Assembly: GCA_051294905.1 (NCBI GenBank) | Contig: CM119372.1 | Span: 32,366,001 to 32,430,000 of the forward strand | Origin: Botryllus schlosseri | Taxonomy: Eukaryota | Direction: 5' to 3' | DNA length: 64,000 bases | In this document: piece by piece, positions 9,844 through 21,452 of the stretch | Position numbering within the stretch: the first letter of the stretch is position 1 | How the letters are laid out: every line of letters starts with the position of its first letter | The notes under the pieces: model-generated | Seen by the model: only the letters and a program-made list of their open reading frames with translations | The model's database searches: none | What the model was told of the DNA's origin: nothing | Made by a program: the position numbers and the translations under genes

Positions 9844-12800
9844 TAATCGAGAATGTATATTACCGACATTGGACACCACCGAGAATGGACATTACCGAGA
9901 ATGGACACCACTGAGAATGGACATTACCGGGAATGGACACTACCGAGAATGGACATTACCAGGAATGTATATTACCGAGAATGAACACCACCGAGAATGG
10001 ACATTATCGAGAATCGACGTGAACGAGAATGGGCATTACCGAGAATGGACAATGCCGAGAATCTAACTTACTGAGACGGACGTTTTCGAGAAGGTTGCCC
10101 ACACCTGGTCTATAAGTGATGTAGTTTAGTACTGCCCCAGTTTGAACGTCTTCCGTAACGAGGAGTTTGGAGGTGCTAACATTGATATCTTTTCAACGGC
10201 GACACGACACGCATTTGAGTTGCATTCTAGCAACGTATTCTCACAATCAGTACTAATGTAAGCAATCCGGTTATCGCGAAGGGCAGCATATATATATCAA
10301 GAAAAATGTGCCGGATAATCCAATGCATTGCTCTCGAAGTGACATGAAAATTAAATTCTTATGCGTTATGATATATTGATCTCGAAAGGCGAATCATTCG
10401 CTCTGTCAATGGGATGCGATTATCATACATATTTAAAAGGATATAGATATATGCCCATCCCATATACACCAAACACCCTGCGTTCACCTTTCTCGGGAAT
10501 AGATTTTATCTCAACCTTCAACCCTCAACCTCTAACGAATAAAATATTGTTCACCCGCGAGCCCTTGGTCAGCACAATTTATTCCAGTGCCGGTCTCAAA
10601 TTTTAGACAATTGGGAAGGTTGCAGCCGGAAGGACAGTCGAACTATAATGCGAATCAGTGATTCCCAGTGGCAACCCGAATACGATAAAATTCCGATCGT
10701 TAAAGAAGAATGATTATTATCCGACCGCAAAATCAACCCCGGTAGTTCGTTCATACTCGGTATGCGTACTGTTATAGGCAAATCTGTTTTTGTACATTTC
10801 GCACCGTATTATAAATAGAGATGATTAAAGTATTCTACCGCGCTACTCGTGTACAATTTTACTAAATAACAACTAGAAGCAGCACTATCCAATACATATA
10901 ATTTTTTTAAAAAATTTCCGCAGTATTATTAGTTTCAAAATGTAGATTTGGTCCATGAGGCGCATACTTTAGGGGTGGATATTTGCACGATATGTATTCG
11001 CGGCTAATTACACTGCAAATAGGTATAATCTTCGAAATCTGAATCAGTGACCCTGATACAGGAGCTATTTCACGTGGTTCGATAGTTGTATGTCCACTTT
11101 TTAAGGATAATAAGTAACATCTAATTCAAACAGGATGAGTCGAATGGTAATTATAATAATCCATCAATAATTGTAATCATCGTATCACTTTAATCGCCTT
11201 GCCTACATTTACAGGAAGTCATGACCACTCGTTTTATAAACGACGAGGCAAGATTTCGAGCATAACTTCCAGTCATACTGCGGTTTTTCTTGCTCTCTTC
11301 CACATATTGCAAAATACAGTGCGATATGTCACACTCGATGTGCCTATGCATAAAAGAAGGATCATGATGTTGGACGGGGCTAGAAGACAGAGCAAAAATA
11401 TACAAATCACAAAGATGTAGGTATGCTTATCTTGCGCACAAATATTTTTGCTAAAATCCATTCAATAAAATGGAAATATATTTGCATCTACTACGTCTAG
11501 GCTACAAATTGTTAAATGTTGTCTCTGTCGTCGGTATTAGTAGTATCCATTGCAATTCGATATCCATGGTCATAATATACCACGCCAATATTCCCAATAT
11601 ATTCGATTTATTATTAATAATAATATTATTATTATTTAGAATTGATTATTTATTTGGTAGCTGCCGACTTAAAGCACGATCAATTGGCCATATGGGTTCA
11701 TGGTTTTAGTAGCTAATGCACACCGAAAAGCAATGAAGAACCCAGATAATTCATAAATAATATAAATATCTTTAGGGATATTGATTGCTATGTGCCGCCC
11801 GATGTCCCTTGTCGTTGTTGTTGTTATTATTATGAAGAATTGATTGTGTTTTAATCTCCATGGTCATTTTACATCAAGCCGGTATTTCAATTAATTTTTA
11901 ATAATGGAATGTCAGTATATAGCACGGTAAGTCGACTATTTTTATTCGAGACTGCAGTACCACACCGCTGATAATGTGGATCCGGTAGCAATGGGGTAGC
12001 GATTTGTAACTACGCACAAATTCCGGAGAGAAAATTGGCGAGATTGAAGACAATTTTTAAAGTTTCAGTAATACAGTCAAATTCTTAATTTTTAAAATAA
12101 TTGTTAACCTAATTTATAATTTTTTTGGCATCAGGGAGAGTATGGGGCAGTTTCGCTTTATAAGTGCAAAATTTTAGGACTCACATAATTAGAATAGAGT
12201 GGTCGTATGAGATAAATTATCCTACTGTGCCAAATTGCCAATAGCCTACTGATACAAACCTATTGGTGTTGAGACAAGATTTGTTCAGGTTTGTGGAAAA
12301 ATAAAAAGTCGGAGATAGTAAGCTCAAACAGGGTGACTTCGAAATGTTCACAAAACATTTTGGATTGGATGTTGTCAGTCTCGGTAAACTAGTCAACACA
12401 ACAGTCGTTTCAAATAGAAATCACTGAATTTGTTTCCTAATCTGTCCCAACGAGGAAATTGAAACCTCGAAATCCTTTTTCTCTTGAGATATAATTAATC
12501 ACTATCCAGAATAATTTCATGATGAGATGCTATAGATAGAAATGACTAGGCTGGACGTCATATGTTCATTAACAACTCTGTTTCTCAATTTTGGTGGTAT
12601 ATATATATACCACCAAATGTATATACAAATATGTTGCGATCACGCCAAAATCTGTAGTCTGATACGCGTTAATATTACATTCGCCACCACCTATCTTTGT
12701 GGAAATGAATTTTCGCCACTCGTTCAAGACAAGACAAGATAAATACAGCTGCAAAATAAATTCGCTTCGAAATAATACAAGTCTACCCAATTTCTTCATA

Positions 12801-13339
12801 TAGTGTGATGTTATTTTCAGGAAAGGTTATTTTGTGGCTGGTTACCACAAACCTACAGTTAATATTTGCACAAGACAGATAACGGTTGCACGTTAATTGA
12901 GCTAATTTTGAACAGAAACTTGTGGGGGTCCGCAGGGGTCCGTGACGGTCCAAAAAATGGCCCGTGGAAAAAAAGGTTGAGAACCACTGGATTAGAACTT
13001 ATGCGGTTGTAGGCCAATACTATTCTATCTATAGAAGTACACTTCTCTTCTATAGACTGCTCAGTGCCTATAACTTAGCAACGTACTGGTATGATTTAAA
13101 TCGGATTGATCTAGTTTATACATTTATATCACTCCTGAACAATTGTATCGTATGCATGTGTTGGGAGCTTGTGTATTGCATCATATCAATTTATTTATTT
13201 ATTTAGTATGAATTTCATATTTAAAAATCTCTCATCAATAGTCGTAACCTCCCATGCCACCAAACAATCCGTTAGGTTTGCTATAGCATCCTGATTGCGT
13301 GTTGTGATATGACGATAAGGGGGCGCGAAATCTGCACAT

Positions 13340-13758
13340 ATAGTAGAAGCGTGTTTGAAGCTAACATGGTTATGATGCTGTCAGCATTGTGTGTCCTGTA
13401 ACTGAACCCAAAGCGGAATTAGTAAATCTATGAACTGATCACAGCTCACAGATTTAAATTTCAATCCTGTTCTAAGAATCGGGACAACAGACTTTCATCT
13501 CTATAGTTTTGACAAATTGGTTATTGAGGTCCACCAGCCTATGAAATCTCGCCATTGTTTCTGGCGCGTGTACGATATCATCATAGCAATGTTTGGTTTG
13601 TTTCAAATGAGCATATATATCATTTCTATGTCCTCACCATATAATCAAATACCAGCAATATTGCGTTTTGGTTTATGATCCCAATTTTATATAGTGCGGC
13701 CGCGAATGGATTCAGATGTTGAATGCGGCCCGCGAGCTCAAAAGTTTGCCCACCCCTG
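13340..13758. mobile_element. hAT-type MITE fragment
   Basis: Ends in GTTTGCCCACCCCTG; reverse complement of ~48817-49235. Confidence 0.65.
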
Positions 13759-14597
13759 ATCTATCATGTATTTGACTGACAGGTACCGACGTGGCTTCGT
13801 AGTTCTACGTATATGTGAGCCATACTCCGCACCTCTAAAGGTGTATTTAAATCGATATTCGTTACTCTATTCGTAATTCTTAGTAATTCAATGTGTACTT
13901 CAATCATTCAGCCAAATACAACGGATTGGATCACGCCTGGGACTTCGAAAATTCGACATGACTTTGTGACTTGACTCGAGTCAAAATGTGGTATGATCAG
14001 AGGTGGTCTGTAACGAAGTACTTCTATTTTTTCGAAGTAATCAAGTGGTTTTCCTCTACTTCTGGTACTTACTCAAGTAGATAGAATTTTCGCCACTTCT
14101 ATTCTACTTCGTAATATCTTGTCATCTACTTACTTACTTTTCGCTATTTTCAAGTAGAAATAGTGTAACCGCCCCATTAGAAAGAGAAATTGGGGAATTC
14201 TCGGGCTGTTTTAACGGACTTCTAACTTTCAGTTTTAAGGAAATTTAAGTAAAACCCAGAATTTCCGTCGCGCTTCACACAAAGTAGACACGGAGTTACA
14301 AGTATGTTTACACGAAAGTGAATAATATTTAGGTAGCAGGTTGCGTGGTTCCCTTCGCGCGGCATTGTCACCCATATGAATATTTCATCACGGTAAATAT
14401 GGCCCGTCATAACGTCTGAAATAACCGTTTCGCAATCTAGCATTTACATATCATATCGTAATCTAGCAGCCCATGGCGTACCCAAATCTGGAAATGTAGG
14501 CTCTGACTTTTTGAGCGTTAGACCTGTTTTAGCATCATTTTAGCATAGTTTTGTTACTTCATGCAATCGCTACGATCGACCCAGGGTTCATCTAGCT

Positions 14598-14986
14598 CAG
14601 TGGTTCCCAACGTGGGCGATATCGCCCCCCAGAGGGCGATTTGGCGGTCTAGGAGGGCGAAAATGACGAAGGGGGCGACAGGGGGACGAAAATGGACAAA
14701 GGGGGCGATGGGGGGCGAAAATAGCGAAGGGGGCGATAGGGGGGCGATGACGCGTCAAAACGGCTGACCTTTTTTTTTTTTTTTTTTTATTCAACCCACG
14801 GAAATTTAGTTACAAAAGTGTGTCAATTCAGACATCGAGCCGAAAATTTGACCCCCCCTTTTTTTCAGTCACCCGCCGGTGATTGCAATTTGTATGCCCA
14901 ATTTTCGGTACACAAAATTTGGGGGGCGATGATCGGTGTTGACCTTGAAAAGGGGGCGATGGGTCGAAAAAGGTTGGGAACCACTG
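14598..14986. mobile_element. hAT-type MITE
   Basis: TIRs CAGTGGTTCCCAAC; TSD ATCTAGCT/ATCTGGCT; GGGGGCGA subterminal repeats. Confidence 0.8.
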
Positions 14987-15711
14987 ATCTGGCTCAATCC
15001 GCTCATAGACACAATATTCCACTTTCGTTTAGTTTGCTGTTGAACAGTCCTTTCACGGTACAATCACTGTTTGACTTTGTTATATTGTCCACTTAGGACT
15101 TATAATAATTAATGAACAGGCATGGTGCAAAAGGCCTCAGCCCGATTTTTCGTATTTTGATCGGATTCTCCTATTTCTTAAAATTTGTGACAATTAGCTT
15201 CCTATATCGATAAATGAGCTTGAAGTGAACTACAAATAGCAGGAATTCGGTACTAACAAACGATGTATGTCCGAACCTACAAAAAGACGACAATTTGTAA
15301 ACACAGACGAAATAAAACAAGCCAGCAATATCTTTGTTTACCAATGAGTATTCAAATCTTCTCATAGAAATAAATCAACATCGGGATGGGCATTAGTGAA
15401 GTTCTTAGATGCAAATTCCGTTATTAACTCAAGTTAGCTTGAAGTCATATGCAGGAAGGTCATTTTGTACGATATTGATGGGGACAGATTCGCAATGACC
15501 CGACTTTATTCGACTTGACTTGACTTGACTCGATACGCCTTCAAATATCGAGTGACTTGACTTGACTCGAGTCAAAATATGCAATGACTCGAATTGACTT
15601 GTGACTCGAAGGTATTGTGACTTGGTATCAACACTTATCATTACTGACTTACATTTGCAACTTACTGTAACGCAGAGTTGACCCCTGTTACGGGTTGCTA
15701 AAGTATGGGTG

Positions 15712-16360
15712 GCAAAGGTTATAATTTAGTGTCACAACGGCACCAGAGCTAGGGTTACCATATTTTGAGATCCGTAAAATCCCAAAATATATAATATTGG
15801 ACGAGAAACCATGTAATTTGAAAATCTTTACGGGAGGAAATACTGTTGTGTTGACTATTGTCTCTGCATATTGTACAATCGTCTCGCTGTCAACGCCATA
15901 GAGATGGACATATTGTCGAAAAGGGCACATTTGGGCGTCCTCGGAGGACATTTTCGATTTACTGAAAAATGAGGATAAATCCTCCAAGAAAACGACTTAT
16001 GGTAATCCTACCATAGCCATCTGTGAATATGTATGCAAAGGTTATAATTTAGTGTCGCAACGGCACCAGAGCTAGGGTTACCATATTTTGAGATCCGTAA
16101 AATCCCAAAATATATAATATTGGACGAGAAACCATGTAATTTGAAAATCTTTACGGGAGGAAATACTGTTGTGTTGACTATTATCTCTGCACATTGTACA
16201 ATCGTCTCGCTGTCAACGCCATAGAGATGGACATATTGTCGAAAAGGGCACATTTGGGCGTCCTCGGAGGACATTTTCGATTTACTGAAAGATGAGGACA
16301 AATCCTCCAAGAAAACGAATTATGGTAATCCTACCATAGCCATCTCTGAATATGTATGCA
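15712..16360. repeat. Recent 323-bp tandem duplication; each unit carries a TAGGGTTACCATA-type MITE
   Basis: Near-identical units start at 15712 and 16035; the MITE in unit 1 spans 15750-16010. Confidence 0.9.
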
Positions 16361-18039
16361 ATAATTGTTAAATTTCTTGCAAAAAAATTCTTCGCGCTTC
16401 TAGAGACGTACTGAGTAGCCTATAGTATTTACATATTCAAGGTCACAGTGTTGGCTACGTTAGTCAATAAGCGAAAGGAAGAAAATCTGGCTTCATCATG
16501 AACATGTGCCGACCTTTGTATTACACAAATTGTTTAAAATCCTAATAAGATTTGTCCGACCGGTTTTTCTATAAACCATCGTCGAAGGCCGTTAGAATGT
16601 TGTCGAAATGGTCGACAGTCCGCACCGAATAAGGTTCTGTCCTCGCCATCTGAGTAGACCGGGGAAGGGCAATTATTTTTCAAAGGGTCAAATGAGAAGC
16701 AGACAATACGTAAGCGGGCCGAGTCAAAAAGTTTAGCGGTGTTCTCTAGCGCATTAAGTTTATTTCTATATTGATTGAAATCAATGAATAACACTGTTAA
16801 TTAATGCTGCTCAGTGGATGTGTTAATATTAGGGAATGAGAAAGAGAGGGTTAATTACCAAAATAAGAATATTTATTTGCCTTTATATTTCGGAACAATT
16901 TTAAACATGATACCTTTTGAACTCTCTTTAAATCCCTGTCCGCGTTTTCTATCAAGTCAATAAAATGTTTTTGGCATATTACACAGCTAATTGTCTTGAT
17001 CGCTGCCTTCCGAGCACTGTGTAGCATGGTGAAAAATCTTTGTTGCGGAGTGGAGCGAAGCATACAGATTTTCTGCAATTCGCCCCTGCCTTAGAACAAC
17101 TGGAGCGCCCGAGAACTTTGTACGAGTGGGCCTTTGTCCCTTATAGAAAATACACTGTATTAAGGACATGAATGGTAGACGGCCTGGCCAAACAATCCAA
17201 TCAGCAGAATTTCTTGAACAAAACCCAACACTTATTTGGCCGAAACGGGTTTTAGTGCACTATAGTAATAATCAAAACGAGGGAAAAGAGTTGTCTCGTA
17301 ATAATACACCTGATGGCCTAAACCGGCCGCCTACCATAGCTGCACATCTGAAAAAATATTATTACGTAGGCTACCTTCATTTTCGTTTCATATAACAATA
17401 TTCGATTGGTTTGTGTGGATGATTTTTTTGCCAAAAGAGTGCGGATGGTGCTCAAAATGGTTGAAAAGCACTAGAGTAGACTTTTCCTAGTCCTTCCGAC
17501 TTTTTCCTATTGTTTCACATTATCGTAGTTATTCTGGTATTTTGGGTGAAATGATTGTAAACTGAGAAAATGACTCTAGCTCTGACCTAGTGCTGTCGAT
17601 TGTACTACCAATAACAGGGACATAAATGATCATACTGCCACGACTGATCATCAATAAAGGTAGTGTATTACTGTCCGCCATGAAATGTCGTTATGGTCGG
17701 CTATAAAAATATTTTTTCTATGGCCGGCCAAGAAAGTTACATGGCTCGACATCAATTCACTATTGCCGGCTATGGAATAGCACTTTTCATGGCTGACCAA
17801 GGAATATCTCCGGTCGATCACATAACATCCGTGGTGTGTGAGAGGCCACGGGATTGCTGAAAGTCAGATTCCTTCATAATCACCGCTTGTATTTTGACAT
17901 TATCTTCCACTATCTATTTTTCATTTGATATTCGAGCCTCATAGTATCATGTTTTAGGCCAGGGGTCTGCATTTTTGAGAATATATAGAGCCATTGCCTT
18001 TTCACCAAATGAAACCATTCGGGTACTCAGACTCTGTTT

Positions 18040-19180
18040 GATCACTAAATTAACGCAAGATTCCCACTGGTTGGCTAATGGTAAGAGTCACTTTTATGAA
18101 ACAACTGGGATTCATTCGAGTTTTATTTGCTGTTGTAAAGAATAGAAATACGAACACCCAACACATTTAGTGAACGTCCTTCCTTGTTAATGTTGTAGAA
18201 TTCACTTTATAAAGCTATGGAGGGTGAAGCAGCATAGGTGATAGGCCATAGTTTCACTGTGGACATCAATCATAAACAAATCTCCATATGTGACTCAGCA
18301 AAATATCTTGGCGTCACCATTGATGCCAAAATGTCCTGGAAGCAGCATATTGAATGCACAATATGAAAACTTGCTCGGTGTGAGGGAATAATGACCCGTC
18401 TGCAATCTTTGGTTTCCAGATCAGTACTACGAACCATATATTTCTCTCTTTTCCACTCTCACCTGCAATATGGAATCGTAGTATGGGGAAGTGCATGCAC
18501 AACATTATTGTGCAGAATTTGAACCCTGCAAAACCGTGCGATACGGCTGATCTCATCTGTACCTTTACGTACCAAACTATCGCCTTACTACCGTAAGCAC
18601 CGAAATTTGCAAGTTGACAAACTATATCGCTTCGAAGTATCAAAAGTCATTCACAAATATTTTTCCAATAGTTTGCCTCCTGTGTTTGATGACTTTTTCA
18701 TACCTGCCAAAAATGTCCACTCCCACTACACGAGATCCTCGTCTAAAGAAAATATCTACTTACCCCCACCCAATAGCAACCTAACTAAGAGATCTATCGA
18801 CTACTCGGGACCTATCATCTGGAATGCATTACCACCACACATCCGTGAATTGCCCTATAATAGATTCAAAAAAGCCCTACTTGATCACCTCTTGTCGTTA
18901 CACTAACACTGTTGCCCTACCTCGCCCTGACATTGCTTCATTGATCATTTGCTACCATCGTTTAATTTTTCTTCTATTTCGTTTTTTTAACTACTGTAAC
19001 ATTTTTACAGCCATACTGCTTAGAGTCAAGTGTACCTGTTTGATGCTGGTGTGATCAGACTAGATGACATTCACGGTCTTATCGATCATTCCTATCTAAT
19101 ACCGAATACTGTGTAAGCAAATTTTCTGTACCACCATCACTGCCGTGTGTTATGTATTTTGGTTGGATGAAAATAAAGAC
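18040..19180 (+). mobile_element. 3' fragment of an L2/CR1-type LINE (decayed ORF2 C-terminus plus 3' UTR)
   Basis: Frameshifted motifs KYLGVTIDAKMSWKQHIE (~18302), HSHLQYGIVVWGSAC (~18455), HYTR and YSGPIIWNALP (18607-18906). Confidence 0.8.
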
Positions 19181-19670
19181 TCTCTTTCTGATAAAGTGTC
19201 ACACACTGCTGAACAGCTGCGGTTTGCCGGTCTCTGATTTAGGTCAAGCGGAACTATGTATAAAAGACTATTACAAGTCGTTTCTACTACTTCCTATCTC
19301 TTCATTTTATTGCGATGTGGTGATGTTTAGAACTGATCAAAATAATGATAATAGTCTATAGTCAATGAATGAATGAATTGTTGATCGCCACAAACATTGG
19401 TATATTCGCTTTAAATAAGGCAGAATGCTCAAAAGTGCCGACGAGTTAACTACTTTTAAAGCCAGTAACTGTATGCTTAACTGAATTCCAGATACATGTA
19501 ATTTGCTAGACAGTCATAACGCAAGAAATGTCCGAAGAGCTCGTTGACCGCTAAATTAGAAATATTCATAGTCTGTAATTGTTTGATCCACCGCATTCGA
19601 GATTTAAGTATTGGATATCTGACCGTGACATTCTTCATTTTTTTCAGTTGAAAATACCATTACTTGAGGA

Positions 19671-20622
19671 ATGTCTGGAATGAATAATGACCTAGCAAAC
19701 ACCACTAGCACATCTTTAAATACATTTGCTAAAATAGAAGTTGTCAAGTCGTTGAAATTCTGGATACTTTTTGCGTCAACAACAGTAGTCTTTCTAATCA
19801 CGTCAATTTGGATAACCGTGGCATTGCTGAGAGATTATATTCGTCCAATTACCGGGAGAACGATGACTCCGATTCAAAATCAAATCAAAATATTGTCCGC
19901 TCTTTGCGCTGCAAGCACAGCCCTGTTCCTTGTCGCGACCATCTTAGAGGAAATCATTGTAGAAATGTTTGCTCATGAATTGTGTGCCCCGGTCAAGTAC
20001 TCGAAAATCTTCGTGGCGAATTTGTGCGACTCGTTCATTTACGCCGTTCTGTGGATGAGGCAAAGATCACTTTACAAGAGCCCGTCGATGAACCATTTGA
20101 CTACTCCAACTCTACGCATTTTCAGCTGGATCTGCGGAATTCTGCCAGTCATTGCACCATTCGCTTCTTTCGCTCTCTTCGTGGGAGCGTTCGAAGTGGG
20201 AGTTTTGGAATCAGGATGCGGCGTTAACCGGAATAAGGTTCGACCCCAAAATAGGTATTTTTACAAGAGTCGCCGTCATCACCGTCACCCAGTTTGTCCT
20301 TCTCGGATTATTCGCATACCCACTGGTCAAACACACTTCACAAAACCAGAGTGGAGGAGAAAGCCTGATGCCGCTAGTTGCGCGATCGTTGGTATGTGCA
20401 TCGATCTGCGTCGTTACTGACGTCATTACAGCGCTCCTCATCGTGACAAGAGTTGTCAGCGACGGATTCTTCCCTTCTGCTTTAGGTCAAGTCAACCCCA
20501 TGGTGAATTTGTGCATGATTGTTGCTGCATTTCCATCTTGGAGAAAAACGATGTTCCCATTTCTCTGCAATAACCGACCAGTGATAAACGATGTCACCAG
20601 AAGTTCTCCTCAGCCATCGTGA
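19671..20622 (+). pseudogene. Intronless orphan 7TM/GPCR-like gene, paralogue 1 (single +1 frameshift)
   Basis: ORFs 19671-20420 and 20152-20622 join into a ~316-aa protein colinear with 60225-61127 if one extra A at ~20226 is removed; this could be a real lesion or an assembly error. Confidence 0.75.
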
Positions 20623-20951
20623 ATGAATTAAATATATCGTACGTGGGATCGGGACGATGAAGACGCGTCGTTCATTTGATATGGATATCTATTTTTAAGG
20701 ATAGTGCAGACTTTTTCTTCAGAATAATGCTGCCCGATATTAGGACTGGATGCAAATTCGAGTATCAGGCTTTGGGTCAAATTAAGTGTTTAGGTATACC
20801 TCCTTATGTGAAAAGTTCAAGTATTTCCATTTTATACGACCACAAAGGAATTATTGTCAGATATATCCCTTAAAATGATAAATTATTAATTTTTCGATTA
20901 TAAGTATTGAATGGGACTTTGTAACATGTGTGTGGGTTGAACTATGCATAA

Positions 20952-21452
20952 TAACCTACGGAGAGATACGCAACACCCGTCGTCACGCTTGCTTGTCCAG
21001 AGGGAATTACTACTACCCGAACTCTCAAATTAGGAAAAGTTGATCTTATTTGAAAGCTACTGTCGCACTGATTTCGAAAATATACAATAAAATCTGATGA
21101 GGGCAACGGAGCCCCCGAAATACAATTCAAAGTCTTAAAATCGGCGTTGTTCTGAACAATCGCAAGCACTCAAGATTCATTGTTATTTTCATTGTGCTGC
21201 GTCGCTGCGATTGCTTAGAACAATGCCGATTTTCAGACTTTGAAGGCTATCTCATTGCCTTGTTGAAATTTTAATGTATATTTTCAGAATAAGCGCGACA
21301 GTAGCTTTCAAATAAGATCCACTCTTCTTAATTTGAGCGCTCGGGTCGCCACCTCTGGGGTTAGCAATTATGTTGGGTTCAGATGTCTGAGCAGTAATTT
21401 CCGCTGGGGAAGCAAGCGTGACGACGGGTGTTGCTTATCTATCCGTAGGTTA
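20952..21452. repeat. Foldback MITE, ~500 bp
   Basis: TAACCTACGGA...CACCCGTCGTCACGCTTGC is mirrored by GCAAGCGTGACGACGGGTG...TCCGTAGGTTA; the arms pair almost to the centre (~21190). Confidence 0.8.

Larger units (their letters stand above)
8092..10092. repeat. 16-bp minisatellite (ACCGAGAATGGACAYY) interrupted by a Penelope insertion
   Basis: Tandem units at ~8092-8438 and ~9845-10092. Confidence 0.9.

Noticed and set aside
8092..10092. CRISPR-like array, or ORFs 8005-8322 and 9869-10066
   Set aside because: Head-to-tail 16-bp units without unique spacers; the ORFs are translations of the minisatellite.
15688..16310. Duplicated ~100-aa minus-strand ORFs as a gene pair
   Set aside because: They are translations of the duplicated MITE sequence.
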